NCBI GenBank assembly: GCA_965224465.1
Contig: OZ245049.1
Span: 450,001-482,000 of the forward strand
Direction: 5' to 3'
DNA: 32,000 nucleotides
Source of the DNA: Flavobacteriaceae bacterium
GTDB lineage: Bacteria; Bacteroidota; Bacteroidia; Flavobacteriales; Flavobacteriaceae
Below are positions 1 to 9,836 of the stretch, piece after piece. How positions within the stretch are numbered: position 1 is the stretch's first letter; every line of letters starts with the position of its first letter. The position numbers and the translations under genes were made by a program. The notes below the pieces were generated by a model, which did not search any database, was not told where the DNA came from, and saw nothing but the letters and a program-made list of their open reading frames with translations.

Positions 1-1
1 T

Positions 2-3000
2 GTAAAAATACGTGTAAACAAATCTATTGTAAAAGCAAGTTGTACTTGTAATATTAAGAACAATCAAGGTCAGTGTAGTCATTTAGAAACTGGAATTAGC
101 TATTTAATAACCGAGCACAATCAGTTATTAGCAACACACCCAGAAGTAGCTATTATTCTTTCTGAAGTTAATGAAATTTATGGACTGGATAAAAAATCAA
201 AAGATAATTTTAGTTTATTTTGGAACGTAAACGAAGGCTTATACATCAATTTTAAAGAGGCTAATTTTGTGCATTACAATCCTGAGCAACAAAAATTTTC
301 CATCGCAAACAACAATGGTTTTGCCCATTTGAATACCTCTATAGATAGTGAGGATATCTACAAACAATTATTGCCTCAAGCAAAAAAAGTAACCCGTTCT
401 AAAGTAGTTATTGGATTTGCCTTTCTTTTTGATTTTTATCCTACATGGAGAGAGTATGAAGGTTTAAAATTGTTATTCCTAAAAGGTAATTTATTAAAAA
501 ACGGCACCCGGTTTTCTTCAAAAATTGAACCTATAAAACAACATGAACTCGTAAAAGAGCTGAGCGCTACCAAAGAACTCAAAGAACTAGGAAGTCAATT
601 TATACTACTTTCAGAAACCTTAGATTATGATGAAATTGACAGCTGCTCTTTTGACATATTACAAGAAATATGGAAACCAATGGCATTGAATAAAGCTTAC
701 TATAAAGACTGCTTTTCCCAAAGCGACTCTTATTCTAGACATGACTTGAAGCCACTAGAAATACAAATTGCCCCATTAATAGTAAGTTTCGATATTCAAG
801 AAAAAAAATCAATTTTAACCATTGTAATTTCCCTTAAAACAGCTGGACGGACTATTAATTTAAACCAAGATTACCGTCTAAACAATGCTCTATTACTACA
901 AAACGAAATGTTATATCGTTTCGAAACATTGGAGCAGTATCATGTTTTTATAGAATACTCAAACAATTTAACCTTTAAAATTTCTTCTAAATTTAAAGAA
1001 GACTTTTTTATTGAGATTATTAAACCTCTAGAAAAGATTGTCGAGGTCAATTATCATTTAAAAACTAGTAAAACCGTTAAAATTGACTATAAACATCATA
1101 AAATTCAAATGTTTATCAGTCAATATTTAGACCACGTGATAATTCGTCCAAATCTATATATCACCAAAGACTTGGAATTTGATTTACTAAGTCCAATTTC
1201 TTCCATTTTTAATGACAATACTTTTCACAAAAGAAGTCTAAAGGAGGAACAAAAAATTGTCTCCAAGTTTTATAAAAACAATCCAGACCTCACAAAAAAA
1301 GCAGTCGCTACTATTTTCGCCTTACCTTTTACAGCGTTTATACAGGACTATTGGTTTTTAAAACAGATCAACCTATGGAAAACTCAGGGCATTGAAACTT
1401 TTGGACTTAACACGCTGGAAAACTTTAATTATCGTACAAGCATGCCAACGGTTAGCCATAGCGTTTCCTCAAAAACCGATTGGTTTGACGTTCAGATGGA
1501 GGTGAAATTTGATGACGAATTAGTTCCTTTAAAAGTTTTAAAAAAGGCCGTGATAAAACAGCAAGAATATGTCTTACTCAGCGATGGGACCAAAGGTATA
1601 TTACCAAAAGAATGGCTTGATAAATTCTCCAAAATATTAAGAGCTTCACATATTGGGAAAAATGGATTAGAAATTTCAAAATTGCGTTTTTCAGCCCTAG
1701 ATTTACTCTTTGAAGAAACCAATCCAACACAAGAAATATTAGAATACAAAGAAAAAATTCTAGATCTTTTAGCTAATTTTGATTCGCTACGCCCCGTAAA
1801 AGTATCAAAAAAAATATCCGCTACACTCAGAGATTATCAGCGAGCAGGACTTAATTGGTTAAACTTTTTGGACACATTTAATATTGGGGGCTGCCTAGCA
1901 GATGACATGGGGCTAGGAAAAACGCTTCAAGTAATTGCTTTTTTACAACATTTAAAAGAGAAAAAGAAAAAAAACCAAGCACATTTAGTTGTTCTTCCAA
2001 CGTCTTTAGTCTATAACTGGACTGCGGAAATAGAAAAATTTTGTCCTAGTTTAAAAATACATATTCACACAGGGATAAAAAGAGAAAAAAACACCGATAC
2101 TTTTCAGCAATACGATCTTGTAATTACAACGTATGGCTTGGTAATTAGGGATATTTCTTTTTTAAAATCTTATACTTTTGAATATGTAATTTTGGATGAA
2201 TCACAATCTATTAAAAACCCTACATCACAACGCTATAAAGCCGTAAAATTATTAAAAGCGAGAAATAGACTTGTACTTACTGGAACTCCTGTAGAAAACA
2301 GTTTGATGGATTTATATGCTCAGTTTAATTTTATCAACCCTGGATTTTTAAACACCCAAACAGATTTTAAAGACAACTATATCAAGCCCATAGAAAAAGA
2401 GGGCGTCGAAATAATTCAAAACGAATTAAGGCAATTGATCAACCCTTTTATGCTTCGCAGAACAAAAAAGCAAGTAGCCAAAGATCTCCCTGAAAAAGTG
2501 GAACAAATTTTATACTGTTCCATGGGAAAAAAGCAAGAGCAGCTATATCAATTTTATTTAGCCAAAATCAGAAAATCCATTATGGAGGAAGTTGAAGAGG
2601 AAGGCTTAAACAAATCTAAACTAAAGGTTTTAGCAGGGTTAACTAAACTTCGTCAATTATGTAACTCCCCAAGACTCATAGGAGAAGACGAGGAAGAATC
2701 TGTTAAAATTGAAGAACTATTAACGAGCATCAAAGAAAAAACAGGCGATCATAAAATCCTTATTTTTTCTCAATTTGTAAAAATGCTACAACTCATAGAA
2801 GAACAACTTAAAAAAGAAGGAATTGTTTATGAGTATCTTGATGGACAAACAAAAAACAGACAAGAACGTGTGGATAGATTTCAATCAGACCCCAAAATTC
2901 GTGTATTTTTAATCAGTTTAAAAGCTGGAGGAACAGGACTCAATCTTACCGCAGCAGACTATGTGTATATTGTTGATCCATGGTGGAATCCTGCCGTAGA

Positions 3001-3202
3001 AAACCAAGCAATTGATAGAACACACCGCATAGGACAACATAAAAACGTGACTGCCTATCGCATGATCTGTAAAGACACCATCGAAGAAAAAATATTAAAA
3101 CTACAAGAACGGAAAAGAAAACTTTCCGAAGATATTATTGCTACAGATGAAAGTTTTGCAAAAAAAATAACGAAAAAAGACCTGGAAGAATTGTTCAGTT
3201 AA
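2..3202 (+). CDS. SNF2/SWI2-family helicase with SWIM zinc finger, copy 1 (5' end lies off-window)
   Basis: The frame is open from base 2 and is in frame with the GTG at 269 used by the ORF track. Bases 1-268 align to 6069-6336 of copy 2. SWIM motif CTCNIKNNQGQCSHL (CxCxnCxH). SNF2 motifs: LADDMGLGKT (I), ILDESQSIKN (II), LTGTPVEN (III), LKAGGTGLNLTAADYVYIVDPWWNP and QAIDRTHRIGQ (V/VI). Confidence 0.9.
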   Translation, partial: VKIRVNKSIVKASCTCNIKNNQGQCSHLETGISYLITEHNQLLATHPEVAIILSEVNEIYGLDKKSKDNFSLFWNVNEGLYINFKEANFVHYNPEQQKFSIANNNGFAHLNTSIDSEDIYKQLLPQAKKVTRSKVVIGFAFLFDFYPTWREYEGLKLLFLKGNLLKNGTRFSSKIEPIKQHELVKELSATKELKELGSQFILLSETLDYDEIDSCSFDILQEIWKPMALNKAYYKDCFSQSDSYSRHDLKPLEIQIAPLIVSFDIQEKKSILTIVISLKTAGRTINLNQDYRLNNALLLQNEMLYRFETLEQYHVFIEYSNNLTFKISSKFKEDFFIEIIKPLEKIVEVNYHLKTSKTVKIDYKHHKIQMFISQYLDHVIIRPNLYITKDLEFDLLSPISSIFNDNTFHKRSLKEEQKIVSKFYKNNPDLTKKAVATIFALPFTAFIQDYWFLKQINLWKTQGIETFGLNTLENFNYRTSMPTVSHSVSSKTDWFDVQMEVKFDDELVPLKVLKKAVIKQQEYVLLSDGTKGILPKEWLDKFSKILRASHIGKNGLEISKLRFSALDLLFEETNPTQEILEYKEKILDLLANFDSLRPVKVSKKISATLRDYQRAGLNWLNFLDTFNIGGCLADDMGLGKTLQVIAFLQHLKEKKKKNQAHLVVLPTSLVYNWTAEIEKFCPSLKIHIHTGIKREKNTDTFQQYDLVITTYGLVIRDISFLKSYTFEYVILDESQSIKNPTSQRYKAVKLLKARNRLVLTGTPVENSLMDLYAQFNFINPGFLNTQTDFKDNYIKPIEKEGVEIIQNELRQLINPFMLRRTKKQVAKDLPEKVEQILYCSMGKKQEQLYQFYLAKIRKSIMEEVEEEGLNKSKLKVLAGLTKLRQLCNSPRLIGEDEEESVKIEELLTSIKEKTGDHKILIFSQFVKMLQLIEEQLKKEGIVYEYLDGQTKNRQERVDRFQSDPKIRVFLISLKAGGTGLNLTAADYVYIVDPWWNPAVENQAIDRTHRIGQHKNVTAYRMICKDTIEEKILKLQERKRKLSEDIIATDESFAKKITKKDLEELFS

Positions 3203-3274
3203 GAGGTAAAAACCAGCAACCAATGTATTGCTGAATACCGGCTTAAATGCAACATTTTTTGTAAACAATAATAA

Positions 3275-3304
3275 GATGCAGGAGAATTATAAATCACCTG
3301 CATC
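3275..3304. terminator. Hairpin between the convergent helicase and hipT-like genes (8-bp stem GATGCAGG/CCTGCATC, 14-nt loop)
   Basis: Perfect inverted repeat read directly. A T-rich tract follows on the minus strand (ttattattgttt) and an A-rich tract follows on the plus strand. The hairpin is conserved at 9344-9373 in copy 2. Confidence 0.4.
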
Positions 3305-3357
3305 TCACAATAAAAAAAGCCATAAACCCCTAGCAATACCCTCTACAAATCATACAA

Positions 3358-4290
3358 TTATCTCAAGTCTAACTGCTGATATTTTTTTAGCACAACAGCT
3401 AAATATTCTTTTCTAATTGGCGCTGACAAAAAAGAAATAGCTAACAAGCCTTTCACATTAGGTAATTGTGTACTAAAACGTTTGTACACTGCGTTTTCTT
3501 GTTTTTTTGTCAAGTTAAGGTGCTGTGAGAACTGTTGAAAATCTTTCCTCTTTAAACGACTTTTTTTACCGTTCATTGTCAAGGCAAGTTCTTCTGTATC
3601 TTTTGGATTTAAAACTGAAACATTTAAAAGATCATAAGCAGGAGCAAGTTCCCAACCATCTGTTGATTTTATCATGGAAAAATTCTTTAAATGCATGTCG
3701 TTGTTCCCAAAAAGAAAACTAAATAAGGTCCATTCAAACAATTGTAATTTATCATACCCAATATTACTTGTAAAAGCTGTTAAAGCTCTCGACACCTTCT
3801 CCATAGAGCTTTTGTACTTATCCACGGCTTCGGTAATCTGGAACATATCCAGCATATGGATCTTTGTGTCATCATCCTTCCTATCAATACGTTTTGTTAT
3901 ATATGCCAACTCTCCAGATTGTAAACGAATTAACGTTGAAGGCACCGTTCTAATCTTAAACAACTCAGCAACTCTCATGGTAAAATGCTCATTTTCTGGC
4001 ATTTCGATATATTCAAACGTTGGTGGTTTAAAAATATAATTTCCTCCCAATGCTCCTACCACCGTCAATCGCTGAGGACTGAGCGCTTCTGATAAAACTG
4101 TCATAGATAATTTTGGTTGCACTCCAGGTACCGCAATACTTCTTTCTATCACTTCTTTGGCTAGAGCATTCATTTCTGACAAGGAATACTCCAAAGCAGG
4201 AGGTGTTTTCGTACCGAAAAACAGTAGACTACATTTTTTATGAAAATCTACAGACTCAACTTCCTGATAACAATACAAACACTTATTCAT
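3358..4290 (-). CDS. HipA-family Ser/Thr kinase toxin, short HipT-like form (kinase core only, N-terminal CxxC...C zinc-ribbon-like segment)
   Basis: 310 aa. Motifs: VPGVQPKLS (P-loop-like), LFGNNDMHLKNFS (HipA catalytic D-x-H-x-K-N loop), LAPAYDLLN (Mg-binding Asp). The start overlaps the stop of the upstream 110-aa gene by 8 nt. Confidence 0.85.
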   Translation of the reverse strand: MNKCLYCYQEVESVDFHKKCSLLFFGTKTPPALEYSLSEMNALAKEVIERSIAVPGVQPKLSMTVLSEALSPQRLTVVGALGGNYIFKPPTFEYIEMPENEHFTMRVAELFKIRTVPSTLIRLQSGELAYITKRIDRKDDDTKIHMLDMFQITEAVDKYKSSMEKVSRALTAFTSNIGYDKLQLFEWTLFSFLFGNNDMHLKNFSMIKSTDGWELAPAYDLLNVSVLNPKDTEELALTMNGKKSRLKRKDFQQFSQHLNLTKKQENAVYKRFSTQLPNVKGLLAISFLSAPIRKEYLAVVLKKYQQLDLR

Positions 4291-4615
4291 GAGATGCTAT
4301 TATTTGGTGAACACTAACTGCTCCTATACAATTTTGGCAACATGCCAATAATAAACCCATGCGATCATTTGGATTTAACTTCCAGTTTTTTGTGGCTATA
4401 TTGAGCAACCAACCTTCTGGGATCAATCCTTCAAAAAAAGGAAATAATCGCTCACTTGTAAATGGTTCTTCTTGCACAGGCATGGTAAATGTGATAAAAT
4501 CTTCTGGATTGCTCTGAATATAATCTGATGTATATTCAAAGATATACTCCCCTTGATCACGCTCCGTCAATATACCTGCTGTTAACTCTCCGTATTTAAT
4601 AATTGCTTTTCTCAT
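4283..4615 (-). CDS. HipA N-terminal-subdomain protein (HipS-like, stand-alone 110 aa)
   Basis: LFPFFEGLIPEGWLL matches the HipA N-terminal (couple_hipA) signature. The size and position between the HTH gene and the kinase gene match the HipBST arrangement. Confidence 0.8.
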   Translation of the reverse strand: MRKAIIKYGELTAGILTERDQGEYIFEYTSDYIQSNPEDFITFTMPVQEEPFTSERLFPFFEGLIPEGWLLNIATKNWKLNPNDRMGLLLACCQNCIGAVSVHQIIASHE

Positions 4616-4620
4616 CTAAA

Positions 4621-4827
4621 TTATTTTAAATTACGACTATCTACAACCCCTAATTCATGCCCAAACATTCGCAAGACCAAATTTACCTTTTCTACACTCA
4701 GATTGGTTTTTCCTTGTTCAATTTTTCGTACCACAGTTAAGGCCACCCCTGCCCTTTCAGCAAATTCGGTCTGTGTTAATTGGATTGATTTTCTACGTGC
4801 CTTTACAAAGCTAGCTAAAGTATTCAT
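4621..4827 (-). CDS. XRE-family helix-turn-helix protein (HipB-like), first gene of the hip operon
   Basis: 68 aa. LTQTEFAERAGVALTVVRKIEQGKTN is a typical Cro/C1 HTH. It lies 5 nt upstream of the HipS-like gene. Confidence 0.85.
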   Translation of the reverse strand: MNTLASFVKARRKSIQLTQTEFAERAGVALTVVRKIEQGKTNLSVEKVNLVLRMFGHELGVVDSRNLK

Positions 4828-4833
4828 TATATG

Positions 4834-4929
4834 TTTTTACGTATAAACGAACACAAATATAGTAAATTATATGTAAATACGTATAAAAGACTCTAGAATG
4901 ATTATATTATACGGAAATACATATAAAAC
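4834..4929 (-). promoter_or_regulatory. Putative hip promoter/operator region
   Basis: Three copies of a near-palindromic box centred on TACGTA/TACATA: TTTTACGTATAAAC at 4834-4848, AAATACGTATAAAAG at 4875-4889 and AAATACATATAAAAC at 4915-4929, spaced about 40 nt apart. A minus-strand TATATTTG (plus strand 4854-4861) fits the Bacteroidota -7 consensus TAnnTTTG, 27 nt upstream of the ATG. Confidence 0.35.
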
Positions 4930-5280
4930 GCTTAAAATTATATGATTGTGAATAGGTGACTGTAAGATTGCAACTGTCGTATCCCCTTCGCAATGATACT
5001 CATTATGGAGTACCATCATCACCAAAACAGAGTTAAAAAAAACAAAAACCAGTGAAGGTGATAACATGTAGCTACTTCTAAAAAAGGTATTGAAAATAAT
5101 TTTAGTAGTATTGATAATGTTACATCGGAGGATGTCTTTTATGCAGTATATATGTTCAAAAGCTGCGAGAACAGGAGCGACCTTAGGAGCGACGCGCAGT
5201 TTTGGATATGGTTTTTAAGAAGGCTTTTTAGCCGCCTTAAAAAATACCTCATAAAAGTCTCCTTTTTCGGTTCGTTTTTT

Positions 5281-5336
5281 GGAGAAGTAACTGCGAAGCA
5301 ACTCACGAACACTCCTGAAATAAAATAGGTGAGTAA
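5281..5336. repeat. Degenerate copy of the 49-bp repeat family (orientation B)
   Basis: ggagaagtaactgcgaagcaactcacgaacactcctgaaataaaataggtgagt aligns to the consensus gggagtgaataactgcgaagctatcatgaacacctctaaaaaaataaaagggagtg. Confidence 0.6.
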
Positions 5337-5532
5337 AAAATGAACATATAGGGTAAAATTACGTCAACGGTAGGGAGAAACAACGTGGTAATCTCAAAGT
5401 TGTCTTATTCAATAATAGTTGGTATAACTGTATTACTTCTAAAAATTCAGACAATAAGCATCTAGTTTTTTACTTAAAATTTTTTTATTCTTTTAAAAAA
5501 AACTAATTTTCACGTTTAATAGATTTCACTCC

Positions 5533-8500
5533 ATGTACACACAGTTAATAGAAGACTATATTCAAGAAAACAGTAATTCCGTTATAAGAGCGCGTGGAAA
5601 AAACTTATCTGTAAGTGAATATGACGTTTCTCAAGACCTAAAGAGTGCCAATGGAAAAGTTATCGGATCACAGAACGACATCTACACAGTTCATGTTTTC
5701 TACATCATACCTGATACGATAAGCAGTTCTTGTAATTGCCCCTATAATCATGGAGGAATTTGTAAGCACGAAGTTGCTTTTCTTAATCTCTTAATTCTTC
5801 ATTTTGAGCAAGATTTTAATGCCAATAAAGCTTTACCTACCCTTTCAAAATCAACAAACTCCACTAATTCAGACAAAGAAATATGGATTGAATACGATAC
5901 TGCTAGTATTATTAGACATGGAGATTCCGCTGAAAGTATAAGTCCAAATAATAATAATAATAATTCCTATTCCCGAAATTTTGAAGTATCACAAATTGTC
6001 GAAATATCCACACAAAAAAACGGTTTTACTATATCTTTACATACCTATCCTGGCTATAATAGAGGAATTGTAAAAATACGTGTGAACAAATCTATTGTAA
6101 AGGCAAGTTGTACTTGTGATATTAAGAACAATCAAGGTCAGTGTAGTCATTTAAAATTTGGAATTAGATATTTAATAACCGAGCACAATCAGTTATTAGC
6201 AAAGCACCCAGAAATAGCTATTATTCTTTCTGAAGTTAATGAAGATTATGGACTGGATAAAAAATCAAAAGGTAATTTTAGCTTATTTTGGAACGCAGAC
6301 GAAGGCTTATACATAAATTTTAAAGGACCTAAATTTGTGCATTACAATCCTGAGCAACAAAAATTTTCCATCGCAAACAACAATGGTTTTACCCCTTTGA
6401 ACCCCTCAATAGATAATGAGGATATCTACAAACAATTATTGCCTCAAGCAAAAAAAGGAGCCCGTTCTAAAATAGGTGTTGGATTTGCTTTTCTTTTTGA
6501 TTTTCAACCTACATGGAGAGAGCATGAAGGGTTGGAATTGTTATTCCTAAAAGGTAATTTATTAAAAAACGGCACCCGGTTTTCTTCAAAAATCACACCT
6601 ATAAAACAACATGAACTCGTAAAAGAGCTGAGCACTACCAAAGAACTCAAAGAACTAGGAAGCCAATATATACTACTTTCAGAAATCTTAGATTATGATA
6701 AAATTGACAGCTGCTCTTTTGACATATTACAAGAAATATGGGAACCAATGGCTTCGAATAAAACTTACTATAAAGACTGTTATTCCCAAAGCGACTCTTA
6801 TTCTAGACACGACTTGAAGCCTCTAGAAATACAAATCACCCCATTAATAGTACGTTTCGATATTCAAGAAAAAGAATCAATCTTAACCATTGTAATTTCC
6901 CTTAAAACAACAGACCACACTATTAATTTAAACCAAGATTACCGTCTAAACAATGCACTATTACTACAAGATGAAGTATTATATCGTTTCGAAACATTGG
7001 AACAGTATCATGTTTTTCTAGAATACAAAAACAATTTAACCTTTAAAATTTCTTCTAAATTTAAAGAAGACTTTTTTATTCAGGTAATTAAACCCCTAGA
7101 AAAAATTGTCGAAGTCACTTATCATTTAAAAACTAGTAAAACCGTTAAAATTGACTATAAACATCATAAAATTCAAATGTTTATCAGTCAATATTTAGAC
7201 CACGTGGTAATACGTCCAAATCTATACATCACCAAAGACTTGCAATTTGATTTACTAAGTCCAATTTCTTCCATTTTTAATGAAAATACTTTTCATAAAA
7301 GGAATCTAAAAGAGGAACAAAAAATTATTTCCAAGTTCTATAAAAATAACCCCAACCTCACAAAAAAAGCGGTCGCTTCTATTTTCGCCTTACCTTTTAC
7401 AGAATTCATACAGGACTATTGGTTTTTAAAGCAGATCAACCTGTGGAAAACGCAGGGCATTGAAACTTTCGGGCTCAACACCTTGGAAAACTTTAATTAC
7501 CGGACAAGCATGCCTACGGTTAGCCATAGCATCTCCTCACAAACCGATTGGTTTGACGTTCAGATGGAAGTAAAATTTGATGATGAATTAGTTCCGCTAA
7601 AAGTTTTAAAAAAGGCTGTGATGAAACAGCAAGAATATGTCTTACTTAGCGATGGAACCAAAGGTATATTGCCAAAAGAATGGCTTGATAAATTCTCCAA
7701 AATATTAAGAGCTTCACATATTGGAAAAAATGGATTAGAAATCTCAAAATTACGGTTCTCAGCCCTGGACTTACTCTTTAACGAAACCAATGCTACACAA
7801 GACATCCTTGAATACAAAGAAAAGATCCAAGATCTTTTAGCAAATTTTGATACACTTCGCCCCGTAAAAGTATCAAAAAAAATATCCGCTACACTCAGAG
7901 ATTATCAGTTGGCAGGACTTAATTGGTTGAATTTTTTGGATGATTTTAATATAGGAGGCTGTCTAGCAGATGACATGGGACTAGGAAAAACACTTCAAGT
8001 AATTGCTTTTTTACAACATTTAAAAGAAAAAAAGAAAAAAAATAAAGCACATTTAGTAGTACTTCCAACCTCTTTAGTCTATAACTGGGTTGCGGAAATT
8101 GAAAAGTTTTGTCCTAGTTTAAAAATACATATTCACACAGGTATAAAAAGAGAAAAGAACACCGATTCTTTTCAGAAATACGATCTTGTAATCACAACCT
8201 ATGGCTTGGTAATTAGGGATATATCTTTCTTAAAATCTTATACTTTTGAGTATGTAATTTTGGATGAATCACAATCAATTAAAAACCCTACATCACAACG
8301 CTATAAAGCCGTAAAATTATTAAAAGCGAGAAATAGACTTGTACTCACTGGAACTCCTGTAGAAAATAGTTTGATGGATCTATATGCTCAGTTTAACTTT
8401 ATCAACCCAGGATTTTTAAATACACAAACCGATTTTAAAGAAAACTATATCAATCCCATAGAAAAAGAGGGCGTTGAAGTAATTCAAAACGAATTAAGGC

Positions 8501-9270
8501 AATTGATCAATCCTTTTATGCTTCGCAGGACAAAAAAGCAAGTAGCCAAAGATCTTCCTGAAAAAGTGGAACAAATTTTATACTGTTCCATGGGGAAAAA
8601 GCAAGAGCAGCTATATCAATTTTATTTAGCCAAAATCAGAAAATCCATCATGGAGGAAGTTGAAGAGGAAGGCTTAAACAAATCCAAACTAAAGGTCTTA
8701 GCAGGTTTAACCAAACTTCGCCAATTATGTAACTCCCCAAGACTCGTAGGAGAAGACGAGGAAGAATCTGTTAAAATTGAAGAACTATTAACGAGCATCA
8801 AAGAAAAAACAGGCGATCATAAAATCCTTATTTTTTCTCAATTTGTAAAAATGCTACAACTCATAGAAGAACAATTAAAAAAAGAGGGAATTATTTATGA
8901 GTATCTTGATGGAAAAACAAAAAACAGACAAGAACGTGTGGATCGATTTCAATCAGACCCCAAAATTCGTGTGTTTTTAATCAGTTTAAAAGCTGGAGGA
9001 ATAGGACTCAATCTTACCGCAGCAGACTATGTGTATATTGTAGATCCATGGTGGAACCCTGCCGTAGAAAACCAAGCAATTGATAGAACACACCGCATAG
9101 GACAACATAAAAACGTGACTGCCTATCGCATGATCTGTAAAGACACCATCGAAGAAAAAATATTAATACTACAAGAACGAAAAAGAAAACTTTCCGAAGA
9201 TATTATTGCTACAGATGAAAGTTTCGCAAAAAAAATAACGAAAAAAGACCTGGAAGAATTGTTCAGTTAA
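5533..9270 (+). CDS. SNF2/SWI2-family helicase with two SWIM zinc fingers, copy 2 (full length, 1245 aa)
   Basis: SWIM fingers CNCPYNHGGICKHEV and CTCDIKNNQGQCSHL. The helicase motifs are the same as in copy 1. It is collinear with copy 1 at a constant offset of 6068 nt with no indels. Confidence 0.95.
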   Translation: MYTQLIEDYIQENSNSVIRARGKNLSVSEYDVSQDLKSANGKVIGSQNDIYTVHVFYIIPDTISSSCNCPYNHGGICKHEVAFLNLLILHFEQDFNANKALPTLSKSTNSTNSDKEIWIEYDTASIIRHGDSAESISPNNNNNNSYSRNFEVSQIVEISTQKNGFTISLHTYPGYNRGIVKIRVNKSIVKASCTCDIKNNQGQCSHLKFGIRYLITEHNQLLAKHPEIAIILSEVNEDYGLDKKSKGNFSLFWNADEGLYINFKGPKFVHYNPEQQKFSIANNNGFTPLNPSIDNEDIYKQLLPQAKKGARSKIGVGFAFLFDFQPTWREHEGLELLFLKGNLLKNGTRFSSKITPIKQHELVKELSTTKELKELGSQYILLSEILDYDKIDSCSFDILQEIWEPMASNKTYYKDCYSQSDSYSRHDLKPLEIQITPLIVRFDIQEKESILTIVISLKTTDHTINLNQDYRLNNALLLQDEVLYRFETLEQYHVFLEYKNNLTFKISSKFKEDFFIQVIKPLEKIVEVTYHLKTSKTVKIDYKHHKIQMFISQYLDHVVIRPNLYITKDLQFDLLSPISSIFNENTFHKRNLKEEQKIISKFYKNNPNLTKKAVASIFALPFTEFIQDYWFLKQINLWKTQGIETFGLNTLENFNYRTSMPTVSHSISSQTDWFDVQMEVKFDDELVPLKVLKKAVMKQQEYVLLSDGTKGILPKEWLDKFSKILRASHIGKNGLEISKLRFSALDLLFNETNATQDILEYKEKIQDLLANFDTLRPVKVSKKISATLRDYQLAGLNWLNFLDDFNIGGCLADDMGLGKTLQVIAFLQHLKEKKKKNKAHLVVLPTSLVYNWVAEIEKFCPSLKIHIHTGIKREKNTDSFQKYDLVITTYGLVIRDISFLKSYTFEYVILDESQSIKNPTSQRYKAVKLLKARNRLVLTGTPVENSLMDLYAQFNFINPGFLNTQTDFKENYINPIEKEGVEVIQNELRQLINPFMLRRTKKQVAKDLPEKVEQILYCSMGKKQEQLYQFYLAKIRKSIMEEVEEEGLNKSKLKVLAGLTKLRQLCNSPRLVGEDEEESVKIEELLTSIKEKTGDHKILIFSQFVKMLQLIEEQLKKEGIIYEYLDGKTKNRQERVDRFQSDPKIRVFLISLKAGGIGLNLTAADYVYIVDPWWNPAVENQAIDRTHRIGQHKNVTAYRMICKDTIEEKILILQERKRKLSEDIIATDESFAKKITKKDLEELFS

Positions 9271-9343
9271 GAGGTAATAACCCGCAAACTATTCAATACT
9301 GAATGCACTCCATAAATGCAAGTACTTTGTTAATCAATAATGA

Positions 9344-9373
9344 GATGCAGGAGAATTATAAATCACCTGCATT
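9344..9373. terminator. Copy-2 counterpart of the 3275-3304 hairpin
   Basis: GATGCAGG ... CCTGCAT inverted repeat, in the same position relative to the helicase stop codon. Confidence 0.35.
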
Positions 9374-9385
9374 AAACACTAAAAA

Positions 9386-9624
9386 ACCCATGCGATCATT
9401 TGGATTTAACTTCCAGTTTTTTGTGGCTATATTCAGCAACCAACCTTCTGGGATTAAGCCTTCAAAAAAAGGAAATATTCGTTCACTTAGAGACGGTTCC
9501 TTTTGAACAGGCATGGTACATGTGATAAAATCTTGTGGATTGTTCTTAATATATAATCACCTTGATCACGTTCCTTCAATATACCTGTCGTTAACTCTCC
9601 GTATTTAATAATTGCTTTTCTCAT
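9386..9624 (-). pseudogene. HipS-like pseudogene (3'-truncated and frameshifted)
   Basis: Aligns to 4355-4620 of copy 1 but is 22 nt shorter. It reads MRKAIIKYGELTTGILKERDQGDYI and then shifts frame. The PFFEGLIPEGWLL segment survives only in another frame. The last ~24 codons and the whole kinase gene are missing. Confidence 0.8.
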
Positions 9625-9629
9625 GTAAA

Positions 9630-9836
9630 TTATTTTAAATTACGACTATCTAAAACCCCTAATTCATACCCAAACACCCGCAAGACCAAGTATGCTTTTT
9701 CTACACTCAGATTGGTTTTTTGGTGTTCAATTTTTCGTACCACAGTTAAGGCCTCCCCTGCCCTTTCAGCAAATTGGGTCTGTGTTAATTGGATTGATTT
9801 TCTACGGGTCTTTACAATTCTAGCTAAGGTATTCAT
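9630..9836 (-). CDS. XRE-family HTH protein, orphaned HipB-like copy
   Basis: 68 aa, intact, and a close paralogue of 4621-4827 with about 10 substitutions. One operator-like box, TTTTACGTATAAAAC, is retained at 9845-9860. Confidence 0.75.
   Translation of the reverse strand: MNTLARIVKTRRKSIQLTQTQFAERAGEALTVVRKIEHQKTNLSVEKAYLVLRVFGYELGVLDSRNLK

Noticed and set aside
1492-1749. An 85-aa antisense ORF, conserved as a second copy at 7560-7817.
   Set aside because: Both lie antisense inside the duplicated helicase gene. Their conservation follows from the duplication, and the composition is low-complexity and Ser/Phe-rich with no motif. The same reasoning applies to the other embedded antisense ORFs: 3525-3722, 3674-4039, 10365-10571, 12016-12306, 14173-14466, 14980-15207, 21354-21548, 23289-23480, 24001-24198, 24159-24410, 24751-25065, 26423-26629 and 30840-31061.
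1967-1974. An A8 homopolymer in the helicase (also 8027-8042 in copy 2) as a slipped-strand phase-variation tract.
   Set aside because: Both copies are in frame and encode the same KEKKKK linker. A-runs of this length are common in this AT-rich genome.
4867-5067. A 66-aa minus-strand ORF upstream of the hip operon.
   Set aside because: It lies in the promoter/operator region, has no motif, and has no counterpart in the duplicated copy.
5947-5964. An (AAT)6 microsatellite encoding a poly-Asn stretch in helicase copy 2.
   Set aside because: Length changes in a trinucleotide repeat stay in frame. The corresponding part of copy 1 is off-window, so no comparison is possible.
9303-9506. A 67-aa plus-strand ORF after helicase copy 2.
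   Set aside because: It lies antisense to the hipS remnant and spans the deletion junction, so it is an artefact of the pseudogene region. The analogous ORF 3228-3416 spans the terminator hairpin and overlaps the hipT 3' end.
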